The notes below the pieces were generated by a model, which saw only the letters and a program-made list of their open reading frames with translations, did not search any database and was not told the origin of the DNA. A stretch of DNA of 64,000 nucleotides, taken from Mobula birostris. Lineage: Eukaryota. Made by a program: the position numbers and the translations under genes. Where the stretch lies: positions 91,572,230 through 91,636,229 of the forward strand of contig NC_092376.1 of assembly GCF_030028105.1 (NCBI RefSeq), written 5' to 3'. Below are positions 24,150-37,120 of the stretch, piece by piece. Position 1 is the first letter of the stretch; every line of letters starts with the position of its first letter.

Positions 24150-24959
24150 GATCAATTTGGACAAAATACTGCACTCGAAGATGTGTAATCTGAAAATTCA
24201 AAACATATTGGTTGATAATCATTTCGCTTTTAAGACAAAGTGAAAAAGCACAGAAAAATCTGATTTAACACTCTGGTTTTAAATTCATTTATATTCGGTT
24301 TCCTGCTGTCATGGGCTCCCCATCTGAACATCATAAATTCATGACCCAGAGAACAAATGCTGGGAAAATACCCATGAGTCACATTGCAGGTACATCCTTT
24401 TACCACTAGATGTGATTTCCCAATCTATCAATGGCATAACCAAAGACTTCAGCAAAACTTTATACCGGTTTTCTATAAATAATGCGACTGGTAAAATAAT
24501 CAATCTGATGTCATGCATGACATTTGGACATGCAGACAATGATGCTGGGTTATCAGTACCAGGAGCTTTTCCTGCTTCCAGTCCTGATGGAATAGCTGCA
24601 TAGATTGCACCTTCCAGTATTTCTGACGTTTCTTTCAGATGGTACAATTTAGAATACCCTCCCTCCTCCTTTTTCCCCCCTTAATCACCTTTCAAGAGGG
24701 AAGAAGAAAGCTTCCAAGTATATAGATACATGAGAGAGGGCTGGACAGAGGCCCACAGATGATGAGTGGAATTATCTTGGGACGGGGTGGGGGTGGGGGT
24801 GGGGGAGGTGTTTAATGATGGACAGACTGAGCCATGGGGGACATGAGGAGAGAGGAAAAGTGACCAAAGATAGAAAAAATCCAGGTTGATGAGTGTGTAT
24901 GAGTGAGGAGTGAGTGAGTGTGAAAGAGTGACAGTGACAGAACACGAGGTGCAAATTAC

Positions 24960-25560
24960 CTTAAATTAAATATATTTATATGTGCATACCATACAGCTGT
25001 AGTGGAAGGTGTTCTTCCAACTTTCCTATCACCTTTCCATAGCAATTGAGAAGACCAAGGTCAGAGAGGTCAGAGGGAGTGGAGAATTGAAATGACATGC
25101 AACCAGTAGCTCGGAGACAGGGCTGTGCTCTGTAAAACATTTGCCTTGTCTATGCCTGATTTCACCAATGTGGAGGAGGCCACATTGGGAGCAGCGAATG
25201 CAGTAAACTAGATTGGAAGAGGTGCGTGTTAATCTTTGCCTCATTTGGAAGGGCGGTGTGGTGGAACTGAGGGACAGGTAGGTGTTCACTTTTAAAGGTG
25301 AAGAGGGAAAGTGCCTGAGGATGGGCTGGGCTGAATTGGAGAAGCAATGAGTGAACTCAAGAGCCACAGGGGGAGAGTCCCTCTCTGAGTGTAAGATGAG
25401 AGTGGCAGCAATATTGCCATAAGTAATGAAGAATTTTGCTTGTTGGATGTACTGACTAGTGGAGTGAAAAGGAATTCTTTCACTCGTCTGAACGGTGGAG
25501 GGTTAGGAAAGAGGACAGGAGAGAGAGGATGGTCCAATACGAAGGATTGTTCCATTCAGG
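24960..25560 (-). mobile_element. Neptune-type PLE GIY-YIG fragment in the LIG4 intron
   Basis: RQRLTRTSSNLVYCIRCSQCGLLHIGE.RHRQGKCFTEH. Confidence 0.8.
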
Positions 25561-25688
25561 AACTGTCATAAGGTGATTTCTGGACCACAGAAAATGGTGA
25601 AGGACAAAATGAATATACTTGAGGGTTCAAGACACAAAAGGCCTCAAAGGAGCTCAGGAAAGAGCAGGAATATAGTATTGGGATAGTG

Positions 25689-25767
25689 CAGGGGTTCCTA
25701 ACCTGTATTATGCCAATGAGCTTTACCTTAACAGAGGGGTCAATGGACCCCAGACTGGGAACCCTTA
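25689..25767. mobile_element. Small hAT-like MITE
   Basis: Imperfect TIRs CAGGGGTTCCTAACCTG and CAGACTGGGAACCCTT. A related fragment lies at ~55592-55650. Confidence 0.45.
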
Positions 25768-26403
25768 GGATCGACGATCAGGCATGATTGTTTAATTCTG
25801 TCAACTCAGAGGCTAAAGTGTCTTCAGGTAGAAAATTGGTTATTGATTATTGATTTGGTTGTGCTACACCACACATCTTGAAAGAAATAAAAGCAAATAT
25901 TAATTACTGACAAGATTTAAAAGATGCTCTTTATACAGTACTACTTATATATAACTTATGCATAAGTACTACTGAATGAAGAACACACATTTTAAACAAA
26001 GATCTCAAAACATTTTCACGCAGCACCCAATATTACTGCATGCTATTGTCACTAACCAGTACATTGAATACATATGGCGAGAACAAATGGGTGTTTTGAC
26101 GTTGAGTACCAGCGTAATGAACTAATGGAATTTTGCTGAGGTAAAATGGTTTAAAAGAATCCTTGAGTGTTTGTGCATTTTTTAAAATTTATTCAGTTAC
26201 GAGATGTGGGCGTAAGCTAGCTTTTATTGCCCACACTTAGTTGTACTTGAGAAGGGGTGATGAGCTGACTTCTTGAACCGCTGCAGTCCCTGAGGTGTAG
26301 ATGCACCCACAGAGCTGTTAGGGAGGAAATTCCATGATTTTGACCCAGCGACAATAAAGGAACGGCGAGACAATACGCTGAATGGATTTTGTACCAGACT
26401 TAC

Positions 26404-26690
26404 CTAAAAAAGCTGCCCACCAAAAAATAGTTAATGCATGTTCCCTTCAAGTGTTAGCAATCTAACAGTGATTTCGTCTCTAAGTCCAATCTTCAAAACC
26501 GTAGTCAAGACGGTACAGCAGACTTTTTTCAAAAAAAGGACTCTCATACTGCAAGCGGGAAGCAAAGAGCAGGCAAGTAGTTCAAACGTTTTACGGAAAG
26601 CAAAGTAGGGATTGGGAAGCACACAACGCGACCCCTCCCGAGCAGGAAGCACGAATTGCAGATCAGGCTGGTCTCGCTCTGACTTCCGCC
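26404..26690 (-). other. LIG4: Probable non-coding exon 1 of LIG4
   Basis: Consensus donor AG|GTAAGT on the minus strand (intron starts at 26403), next to the CpG-rich promoter. TSS is approximate. Confidence 0.6.
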
Positions 26691-27010
26691 AACGTCGCGT
26701 TGCATTGTGGAAGACCGGATGCTGTGGCAGAGACGTTGGTGTCGTCACGTCCGGTATTTTATTTCGCCCGGAAAGATGGAGACGGTGAGTGTTTGAGGCC
26801 TCTGGGCACTGACGTCTGTTGGTCGCTTTGTGTGTGAGGACAACGTACATGTTGGCGATTTACTGCTGCTTCTTCCCCCCTCCCCCTTCATCCAGGGGGC
26901 CCGGGACTGCGGCAGGATGAGGTTGGAGACGGCCGAGGCCGTGCGGTCGGTACGGCTCCTCTCCGCTTCGCTTCCTACCGCGGTCGCAGACGTTCAGGTC
27001 CCCGGTAGGA
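26590..27010. promoter_or_regulatory. CpG-rich bidirectional promoter for LIG4/ABHD13
   Basis: The main CpG-dense non-repeat segment in the window. ETS-type ACTTCCG (26682) and CCGGAA (26768), CRE-like CGTCACGT (26743) and TGACGTC (26810), YY1-like AAGATGG (26773). Divergent splice donors flank it. Confidence 0.8.
26740..26784 (+). other. ABHD13: Probable 5' exon 1 of ABHD13
   Basis: Strong donor ACG|GTGAGT at 26785. TSS is approximate. Confidence 0.6.
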
Positions 27011-27334
27011 AATAGGTATCTGCGGATGCTTGTACAAACGTTTGTATGTGCCCATTATAAACGCTTCCATGCGTTTTAAAATAAAGGGAAAAGTCTGCAA
27101 AATTGTGGATGATTGTGTTAGATTTTAGATTTAAGGCTGCATGTTTACTATCTTTTGCTGCGATTGAAAAATGGCATGTTCTGTGAAGTTATTTGTCAGA
27201 TTTTAGTATTTAATATAAACTATTTAACAAGATACCTATCTGACAACAGTTGTGAGGTAAGAGTGTAAATACGTAGACTACTTTGTCTGGTAAATCAGAG
27301 TTTGGAGTTAAAAATAACAGTTGAAAGAACTCAA

Positions 27335-28030
27335 TATGTTAAGCAGCATTTGTGGAAAGGAAAATTCGATGTCTATAGTGAAATCCTGCATAAGGGCTGC
27401 GAGTACAGAGTGGAGTTAAATGGTGTGAAGAGGTAAAGTAGGCACTGGCAGGCGTTAGGTGAGCTGGAGAGGACGGGTAAATGGTGAGGGACATCTGCTG
27501 GTGGGTGACAGATAGTGACAGAAGAAGAGAAGGGGTAAAAGGGTCAGATGGAGTTGGGTGGGGAATCGGAAATGCAGCATAGAGGCAGGTTAAAAGGTGA
27601 TAAGTTTGGAATACTGGGCTGATGGAACAAGTTGTGAGAGAGGATATGTGACTCAGCATTCGTGTGTGAGTAATAGGCAGATGGAAGGAAGGAGAGCCTG
27701 TGTGCATCATGAGAGAGAATGGAATATAAGGGGTGTGAGCTACCTGAGACTGCAAATTCAATGTTTATACCATTTGGCTGTTATTCTGGTTTCTGTTTGG
27801 CCTCACCTTACAGTGGAGAATGCTGAGCACGGGCAGGTTGGTGTGGAGTTGCAATGGCATGAGCCAGGAGGTCAGCATGGGCAATGAGAACAGAGTAATG
27901 GTGTAACCCATTCACTTACTCCACAATGGTCTCCCTCATTCTGAATAAATAAATGAATGTGGCCTCTTCTCTATACAGAGCACTGAATGCAGTAGGTGAG
28001 GTTGGGTGAGGTGCATTTAAACCTTTGCCT
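27335..28030 (-). mobile_element. Old Neptune-type PLE remnant
   Basis: Purine-rich body and decayed GIY-YIG region resembling 24960-25260 and 33045-33600. Confidence 0.5.
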
Positions 28031-28604
28031 GACGTTTTAGGTCTCTGGGTAGTTTGGGATATTGTTTATAAAGACAGGAAAATCAATTTGTCTTCTCATT
28101 GAGTCTTGTATATTCTTCAAGATCTAAGATGCCGATTGTGCGATAATTATGCTATAAAAACAAATCCAAGTTTGTTTGTAGTGGTAATTGTACAATGTTA
28201 CAATAAAATGAATAGTTATACTCGATGAAAATGAAACTACTGAATGTACAGGAAACCTTAAGCAAAAAAAAAATCAAAAATACTGGAATCACTTAAATGA
28301 TCTTTAATATGTAAAAAGATAAACAAGGTTAACATCCTGTTTTGAAGGCCCTTCAACAGAAAAGTTCCAGTTAGTTGCCTTTCATTGCACAATCTGACTT
28401 GCTTATTGATACAAGCAGGATAGGACAAGAGAAACCTTGTCCAATCCAACCTTCATCTGCGTGTCTGAATTTAAATCTGGTCACTTGTTTTCTCACTTTA
28501 CCAGTTCAGTTCCTTTCCACTAATACTAATTAATTAATGTGCTGACTGTCTCCAATGCATTTCATGCTTAAAAACGAATAAGTTCAAGAAATGAGTTACA
28601 AGGA

Positions 28605-29410
28605 TCCTGTGGGAGGCACGTGCAGAAATCCTCAGTGACGGGTGAGGTACCGGAGGTTTGGAATAGCGAATGTTGTTCCACTGTTTAAGAAAGGCTGTAA
28701 ACATAAACCAGGAAATTATAGGCTGGTGTGGCTGCCATCAGTGGAAAAGTTATTGGAAGGTATTCTAAGAGACCAGGTATGAGTATTGGGACAGAGAGGG
28801 ACTGAGTAGAAATAGGCGGCATGGCTTTGTGTGTGGTAGGTTGTGTCCAACCAATCTTAGAGTTTTTTTGAGGAAATTACCAGGAAAGTTGATGAAGGCA
28901 AGGCAGTGGATAGTGTTGACCTGGACTTCAGCACGGCACTTAACAAGGTCCCACATGCGAGTTTGGTCAAGAAGGCTCAGTTGCTCAGCATTCAAGATGA
29001 GGAAATAGATTGGAAAAGACATTGGCTTTGTGGGAGAACGTGGTAGCAGATGGTTGCCTCTCTGACTGGAGGCCTGTGATTAGTAGAGTGCGCGGGGGTC
29101 AGTCCTGGGTCCGTTGTTGTTTATCATCCAGATCATTGATATAGATGACAATGTGGATCAGCAAATTTGCAGATTACACCAAAATTGGGGATGCAGTGGA
29201 CAGCGAGGAAGACAATCAGAGTTTGCAACGGAATCTGGACCAGCCTAAAAAATGGCAGATGGAATTTAACGCAGTCAAGTGTGACGCGTTGCACTTTGAG
29301 AGGAGCAACCAAGCTAGATCTTGTGCAGTGAACGGTAGGGCACTGAGTGGGGTAGAACAAAAGGATCTGGGAGTAGATGTCCATAACTCATTGGAAGTAG
29401 TGTCATAGGT
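28605..29410 (+). mobile_element. CR1 RT fragment
   Basis: NVVPLFKKG, PGNYR, LDFS, ISKFADYTKIG and WQMEFNAVKC. Confidence 0.85.
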
Positions 29411-30492
29411 AAGACCATAAGACATAGGAGCAGAATTAGGCTATTCAGCCCGTAAAGTCTGCTCCGCCATCCCTTCATGGCTGATCCCAGATCCCACTCA
29501 ACCCCATCACAACTGCCTTCTTGCCATATCCTTTGATGTCCTGACCAATCAACTTCCACCTTAAATATACCCGCAGACTTGGCCTCCAACAGAGTCTGTG
29601 ACAGAGCGTTCCACAGATTCACTACTCTCTGGCTACAAAAATTCCTTCTTACCTCTGTCTAAAAGGTCACCCCTCAATTTTGAGGCTGTGCCTTCTAGTT
29701 CTGGGTACCCCGACAAGAGGAAACATCCTCTCCACATCCACCCTATCTAGTCCTTTCAACATTCAGTAGGTTTCAATGAGATCCCCCCCCCATTCTTCTA
29801 AATTCCAATGAGTACACTGACAAACACTCCTCATATATTAACCCCATCATTCCCGGAATCATCCTTGTGAACCTCCTCTGGACTTTCTCCAACACCAACA
29901 CATCCTTTCTGAGATACCGGGCCCATAACTGTTGACGTTACTTCAAGTGCGGCCTGACTAGTGTCTTTAAAGGTTCAACATTATCTCCTAGCATTTATAT
30001 TCTATTCCCCTTGAAATAAATGCCAACATTGAATTTTCCTTCTTTACCACAGGCTTAACCTTCTGGGAGTCTTGCACAAGGTCTCCTAAATTCCTTTGCA
30101 CCCCTGATATTTGAACCTTCTCCCTATTTAGATAATAGCACTATTGTTCCTTTTACCAAAATGTATCATATTATTTCCCAACACTGTATTCCATCTGCCA
30201 CTTTAAGTCCTGCTGCAATCACATTGCTTCCTCAGCACTACCTACCCCTCCACCTGTCTTTGTATCATCTGCAAGCTTTGCCACAATACCATCAGTTCCA
30301 TTATCCAAATCATTGACAAACATACTGTCCTGTGAGGAACACCACTAGTCACTGGCAGCCAACCACTCGCTGCCTCCTGCCTGTTAGCCATTCCTCTATC
30401 CATGCCACTACCTTTCCTGTAATGCTGCAGGATTTTATGTTGTGAAACAGCCTCGTGTGGCACCTTATCAATTGCCATCTGAAAATCCAAGT
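29411..30492 (-). mobile_element. CR1 3' end and RT fragment
   Basis: (ACCATAAG)-type tail at 29411, NLWNAL and MDFQMAIDKVPH motifs. Confidence 0.85.
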
Positions 30493-32342
30493 AAATCCAA
30501 GGAATGTGGACTTCAAATTACAACTGGAAATAGAAAAGGCTTGTCAGAAGGGCAGTGTTATGATAATTGTGCGGGATTTTAACATGCGAGTAGATTGGAA
30601 AAATCAGGTCAGCACTGGATCTCAAGAGAGAGAATTTGTAGAATGTCTGCGAGATGGCTTTTTAGAACAGCTTGTTGTTGAGCCCACTAGGGGATTGGCT
30701 GTACTGGATTGGGTATTGTGTAATGAACCGGAGGTGATTGGAGAGATTGAGGTGAAGGAACCCTTAGGAGGCAGTGATCATAACATGATTGAGTTCACTG
30801 TGAAATTAGAAAAAGAGAAGCCGAAATCTGATGTATTGGTGTTTCAGTGGAGTAAAGGAAACTACAGTGGCATGAGAGAGGAACTGGCCAAAGTTGACTG
30901 GAAAGAGACACTGGCGGGAAAGACAGCAGAGCAGCAGTGGCTGGAGTTTATAGGAGAAGTGAGGAAGGTGCAAGACAGGTATATTCCAAAAAAGAAGAAA
31001 TTTTCGAGTGGAAAAAGAATGCAACCATGGTTGACAAGAGAAGTCAAAGCCAAAGTTAAAGCAAAGGAGAGGACATACAAGGAAGCAAAAATTAGTGGGA
31101 AGACAAAGGATTGGGAAGTCTTTAAAACCTTACAAAAGGAAACCAAGAAGGTCATTAAGAGAGAAAAAATTAACTATGAAAGGAAACTAGCAAATAATAA
31201 TGAAGAAGATACTAAAAGCTTTTTCGAGTATATAAAGAGTAAAAGACAGGTGAGAGTAGGTATAGGACCGATAGAAAATGATATGGAGAAATTGTAATGG
31301 GAGATGAGGAGATGGCAGAGGAACTGAACAAGTATTTTGCGTCAGTCTTCACTGAGGAAGACAGCAGTATACCGGACACTCAAGGGTGGCAGGGAAGAGA
31401 AGTGTGCACAGTCACAATTACGACAGAGAAAGTACTCAGGAAGCTGAATAGGCTAAAGGTCGATAAATCTCCTGGACCAGATGGAATGCACCCTCGTGTT
31501 CTGAAGGAAGTAACTGTGGAGATTGCGGAGTCATTAGCGATGATCTTTCAAAAGTCGATAGATTCTGGCATGGTTCTGGAGGACTGGAAGATTGCAAATA
31601 CCACTCCACTATTTAAGAAGGGGGCAAGGAAGCAAAAAGGAAATTATAGACCTGTTAGCTTGACGTCGGTGGTTGGGAAGTTGTTGGAGTCGATTGTCAA
31701 GGATGAGGTCACAGAGTACCTGGAGGCATATGACAAGATAGGCAGAACTCAGCATGGATTCCTTAAAGGAAAATCCTGCCTGACAATCCTATTACAATTT
31801 TTTGAGGAAATTACCAGTAGGCTAGACAAGGGAGATGCAGTGGATGTTGTATATTTGGATTTTCAGAAGGCCTTTGACAAGGTGCCACACATGAGGCTGC
31901 TTAGCAAGATAAGAGCCCATGGAATTACAGGAAAGTTACATATGTGGATACAGCGTTGGCTGATTGGCAGGAAACAGAGAGTGGGAATAAAGGGATCCTA
32001 TTCTGGTTGGCTGCCGGTTACCAGTGGTGTTCCACAGGGATCAATGTTGGGGCCGCTTCTTTTTACATTGTACATCAACGATTTGGATTATGGAGTAGAT
32101 GGCTTTGTGGCTAAGTTTGCTGACAATACGAAAGTAGGTGGAGGGGCCGGTAGTGCTGAGGAAACGGAGAGTCTGCAGAGAGACTTGGATAGATTGGAAG
32201 AATGGGCAGAGAAGTGGCAAATGAAGTACAATGTTGGAAAGTGTATGGTTATGCACTTTGGCAGAAATAATAAACGGGCAGACTATTATTTCAATGGGGA
32301 AAGAATTCAAAGTTCTGAGATGCAACGGGACTTGGGAGTCCT
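30493..32342 (+). mobile_element. CR1 ORF2 (endonuclease-RT), relatively young, with one frameshift near 31297, truncated at both ends
   Basis: ORFs 30455-31297 and 31297-32358 carry [39 protein letters not shown] and KFADNTK. Confidence 0.95.
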
Positions 32343-33043
32343 CTATCCCTTGGTGTGATAATTTGTACATTTGACCACTGTAAATCACTATGGTGTATTA
32401 ATACTGAAATGTTACATAATTTCAGTATTAACATTGTTACATTAATTATACATAAATTGCAGTTAGTCGTCTGAGCTGAGCTTCAGTGTTCAGTCTAGGC
32501 TGTGTAATTTGTTTATCAAAATTATGGAGACCTCACTAGTGAGTCAGTAGATCACCTGTAGAACCGTAGAACCCTTGTCTGTCTTTTGATTAGATGATAA
32601 CTGATCCTCTTCCGCTTGTTTCTTTCCTCCTCCTTTCTTGACATTTCTCTGTTTTCAATAAGTAGGTCCATTCCAATATTTTTCCTGAATATCCATGAGC
32701 TTTTTGAGCTGGCACATTGTATAGAGTTATTAGATGTCTGTTTGAAGCCTGGGTGTATTGTATGTTACATTGAGATTGGAAAATATCTTTCATAACTGGA
32801 GGTTATGTAATAATGGTCAAATGATAATGCTTTGTATTGGTTTGCAATGTGAATCTCAAGTTATGGAGATAGGGTGGCAGGGATTGCTTCAAATATGACC
32901 TTTTGGTTTTTAGAGTGATACTTCAAAAATTAATCAAATTTATTGCCTTTCTTTAGAGAAATGCTCCAATTCCACAGTAACATAGCACTCACAGCAAACA
33001 GTACAGTCATATGCCATTAACAGCAGTTGTGCTAGCATATCAT

Positions 33044-33600
33044 AAACACAAAAAATTCTGCAGATGCTGGAAATCCAAAGCAATACACACAAATGCTGGA
33101 GGAACTCAGCAGGTTAGGTCAAGTTATGGAAATAAATAAGCAGTTGACATTTCGTGCCAAGATTCTTCTTCAAGTCTGGAAAGGGCGGGGGAAGACAGAG
33201 TAAGAAGGTGGGGGACAGGTGAAAGAGGACTAACTCGAAGGTAATGGGTGAAGCCAGGTGGGTTGGAAAGGTAAAGGGCTGGATATGAGAGGAGAATGGA
33301 CCATGGGAGAAAGGGAAGGAGGAAGGGCACCAGGGAGAGGTGATAAGAGGTGAGAGGCCAGTGGTGGAATGGAAGGGGGAAGGAGGACCTTTTTTACTGT
33401 AAGAAGTCGATGTTCATGCCATCGTTGGAGGCAACCCAGATGGAATATGAGGTGTTGATCCTCATTGTGGCACAAGAGGAGGCCATGGACCAAAACATCG
33501 GAATAGAATGGGAATCAGAATTAAGTTGGTTGGCCAGCATGATATTCCGCTTTTTGTGGATGAATTGCAGGTGCTCGACAAAGCAGTCTCCCAATTTACA
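33044..33600 (-). mobile_element. Neptune-type PLE 3' end
   Basis: Terminus TTCTGCAGATGCTGGAAATC...GCAATACACAC is shared with 20261, 58034, 62553 and 63417. The hammerhead is decayed. Confidence 0.8.
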
Positions 33601-34020
33601 ATGGGGAGCTTGCAACTCCTCTAGAGTTGTCATAGGTCTCTTGATGGCCTCCCTCACTGGTCCCCTTCTTGCACGGTCACTCAGTTTTTGAGGACAGCCT
33701 GCTCTAGGCAGATTTACAGCTGTGTCATATTCTTTACATTCTTGATGATTGGCTTAACTGTATGCCAAGGGATATTCTGTGATTTGGAAATTTTCTTGTA
33801 TCCATCTCCTGACTTGTGCTTTTCAATAACCTTTTCGGGGAGTTGCTTGGAGTGTTCTTTTGTCTTCATGGTGTAGTTTTTGCCAGGATACTGACTCACC
33901 AAACACAGATGTGTTTTTGCTACAATCGAATTATTTTGTGTTTTATATTTGTAAATAATTTAGTTCACTTTGTGAAGATCTCTTTCCAATTTGACATGAA
34001 AGTCTTTTTTTGTTGATCAA
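33601..34020 (-). mobile_element. Tc1 transposon fragment (transposase N-terminus)
   Basis: MKTKEHSKQL.EKVIEKHKSGDGYKKISKS.NIP..TV..II and RPMTTLEELQ. Confidence 0.85.
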
Positions 34021-34021
34021 T

Positions 34022-35440
34022 GAGTTGAATTGAATTGACTTTATTACTTACATCCTTCATATACATGAGTAAAAATCTCTATGTTACATCTCCGTCCAAA
34101 TATGCAATGTGCAATTTATAGTAATTTATAATAGTATGTACAAAAGGACAGTCAACATAGCATAGAATACAGTTGTATCAGCATGAATTAATCAGCCTGG
34201 TGAAAGAAGCTGTCCCGGATTCTGTTGGTTCTGACTTTTATGCTGCGGTACCTTTTCCCCAATGGCAGCAGCTGGAACAGTGTGGTTGGGGTGACTCAAG
34301 TCCCCAATGATCCTTCAGGCCCTTTTTACACACTTGTCTTTGTAAATTTCCTGAATAATGGGCTGTCCGCATCATTCTCTGCAGAGTCCTGCGATTGAGG
34401 GAAGTGCAGTTCCCATACCAGGCAGTGATGCAGTCAGTCAGGATGCTCTCAATTGTGCCCCTCTACAAAGCCCTTAGGATTTGGGGGCCCATACCAAACT
34501 TCAACAGTCTGAGGTGAAAGTGGCGCTGTTGTGCTTTTTTTCACCACAGAGTCGGTATGTACAAACCATGTGAGATCCTCGGTGATGTGTATGCTGAGGA
34601 ACATAAAGCTGTTCACCTTCTCAATCCCAGATCCATTGATGTCAATAGGGGTTAGCCTGTCTCCATTCCTCCTGTAGCTCATCCACAACCAGCTTCTGTG
34701 TTTTTATGCTATTGAGGGAGAGGTTGTTTTCTTGACACCACCATGTGAGGGTGATAACGTCTTCTCTGTAGGCTGCCTCGTTATTATTAGAGAGTAGACC
34801 TATCAATGTAGTATCATCAGCAAATTTGATTAGCAGATTGGAGCTGTGGGTGACGACACGGCCATGGGTATACAGAGAGTAAAGAATGGGGCTTAGGGCA
34901 CAGCCCTGAGGGGGACCTGTGTTGAGGGGCAGAGGTGAGGGACCCTCTCTTACCACCTGGCACCGATCTGACAGGAAGTACAGGATCCAGCTTCACAAGG
35001 CAGGGTGAAGACTGAGGTCTCTGAGCTTTTTGTCAAGCCTGGAGGGAATTATGGTGTTCAATGCTGAACTGTAATCCAAGAACAGCATTCTCACATAAGC
35101 ATCCTTCTTCTCCAGATGTATAAAGACGGCGTGTAGAGCTGTGGCTATTGCGTCTTCTGTTGATCGGTTGTGTCAGTAGGCAAATTGTAGGGGTCCAGTG
35201 TGGGTGGCAGCATGCTGCAGATGTAGTCCTTGACCAGCCTGTCAAAGCATTTGCTTATTATTGAGGTAAGTGCGACAGGTTCAGACATGTTACTTTGGTC
35301 TTTTTAGGTACAGGTACAGTGGTGGACGTTTTGAAGTAGGAGGGCATACTGGGAAAGGGAGAGATTTTAAAATGACTGTAAACACCTGCAAGTTGTGTTG
35401 CGTACATCCTGACTACCTGCCCTGGGATGCCGTCTCATGC
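34022..35440 (-). mobile_element. Rex1/Babar LINE 3' half
   Basis: LNTGPPQGCALSPILYSLYT...IKFADDTTLIGL.SNNNEAAYREDV. (TTCAA)n tail at 34022-34040. Confidence 0.9.
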
Positions 35441-36059
35441 CAAAAAAAGGCCAAATTAAATCTACTGTGATTCACTTCCAAGGGGAGTGAGTACTTTTTA
35501 TAGGCACTGTAAAGACTTCGCCTCCATAGCTGCTCGTGGCAAAGAATTCCATAGACTCACCACTGTTTGCTTAAAGAAATTCCTCCTCATCTCCATTCTA
35601 AAAGGATGCTTCTCTGTACTGAGGCTGTGTTCTCTGGTCTTGGACCTGATGCAGACCATGTTGCTGTATGTTACAGAGAGGCATCATAGTCGGTGCGTGA
35701 AGGTGGTGTGCAGTCTAAAAGCGAGTGATTATTTTATTAATGAAGGTAAAATTAGGTGCCCTAATTATTGTTCCCCCTGTGAAGGAAAATATATCATACT
35801 TGTTTGATCTAATAAAAACATTGCTAATTTTAGCGGTATCATCAAGTGTAAATCAATGGTGAAGTCTTGAGCCCCGTGGAACCCTGCACACAGCTCTCTA
35901 GCCCTAAAGAAGCTCCTATCATAGAAATTATAATTTCAAACAGCATGCAAACACAATTTGGCCCAGCTTGGCATCAGCCATCAAACTTCCATTTTTTTGC
36001 CATATTGCGACCTATTGCCAACTTCATAATTCAACCACTCCGGCAATTTAACCTAACAC

Positions 36060-36815
36060 TACAGACATTTTTGATTTGGGATATCTTGCATGAACAGCTC
36101 TCTTCAGGTCATGCCAAAACATCTCAATTGGGTTAAGGTCTGGAATGTTACTTGGCCATTCCAAGACACACATTTTCTTGATTTACTCTTTTGTTTAATT
36201 CATTGTTTTGTTGCATCATCCAAATTCTATTAAACTTCAGGTGACGGACCTCTACCCTGACATTCTCCTGTAAAATGTCTTGATACAATCAATACAATTT
36301 TGAATTCATTGTTCCCTTAATGATTGCAAGCTGTCCAGGCCCTGGGACAGCCAAGCAGCTCCAAACCCTGATGCTTCTTCCACCATGCTTCACAGTTGGG
36401 ATGAGGTTTCGCTGTAGGAGTGCAGTGCCCCTTTTCCTTCAAACATAAGTAGTGTGCATCTCTCTACCAAAAAGTTCAACTTTGTTTCATCTGTCCACAG
36501 AGCATTGTCCCAGAAGCATTGTAGAACATCCAGGTGGTCTTTTGCAAACTTGAGATGTGCAGCAATTTTTTTTTTTTGGAGAGCAGTAGCTTCCTCTGTG
36601 GTGTACTTCCATGAACACTTTTCTTGTTCAGTGTTTTTCTTAAAGTGGGAACATGAACAGAGACTTTAGCAAGTTCTAGAGATTTCTGCAGTCTTTTTTG
36701 CTGTTAACCTTGGGTTCTTTTTCACCTCCTTCAGCATTGTGTTCTTGGTGTGATCTTTACAGGACGCCCACTTTAGGGAGAGTAGCAACAGAACTGAATT
36801 CCCTCCATTTGTAGA
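36060..36815 (-). mobile_element. Tc1 transposon internal fragment
   Basis: Reverse strand encodes VLWTDETK.ELF and PTVKHGGRSI motifs. Confidence 0.8.
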
Positions 36816-36817
36816 TA

Positions 36818-37120
36818 CAGGTTTCCCCCGCTGTCCGAAGGTAGAGCATTCCTACGAAACGGTTTGTAAGCCGAAATGTCGTAAAGTGAAGAAGCAATTA
36901 CTATTTATTTATATGGGAAAATTTTGTGAGCGTTCGCAGACCCAAAAATAACCTACCAAATCATGCCAAATAACACATAAAAGCTAAAATAACAGTAACA
37001 TATAGTAAAAGCAGGAATGAAATGATAAATACACAGCCTATATAAAGTAGAAATACTTTTCCACGATCATTTCTGAACTGTTCTCCGTAGCGAAAATCTC
37101 ACGCAAGCGCTGTTGGCAAG
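36818..37120 (+). mobile_element. Tigger/pogo-like transposon end
   Basis: Begins TA|CAGGTTTCCCCCGCT. Homologous in reverse to 8780-8996. Confidence 0.65.

Noticed and set aside
24150-24164. LIG4 start at 24164 as in the ORF track
   Set aside because: It is a TTG codon. The first ATG is 24149, which gives 912 aa, in line with vertebrate LIG4.
26431-27015. ORFs across the promoter (139 aa minus, 61 aa plus)
   Set aside because: No recognisable domain. They are chance ORFs in GC-rich promoter/UTR sequence.
30455-32358. Active or domesticated reverse-transcriptase gene
   Set aside because: Frameshifted, truncated at both ends, and the catalytic FADD is changed to FADN. It is an ordinary CR1 copy.
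35790-36060. Continuation of the ERV (RNase H-like words such as IIKCK)
   Set aside because: On the wrong strand relative to the LTR, and too little similarity to support.
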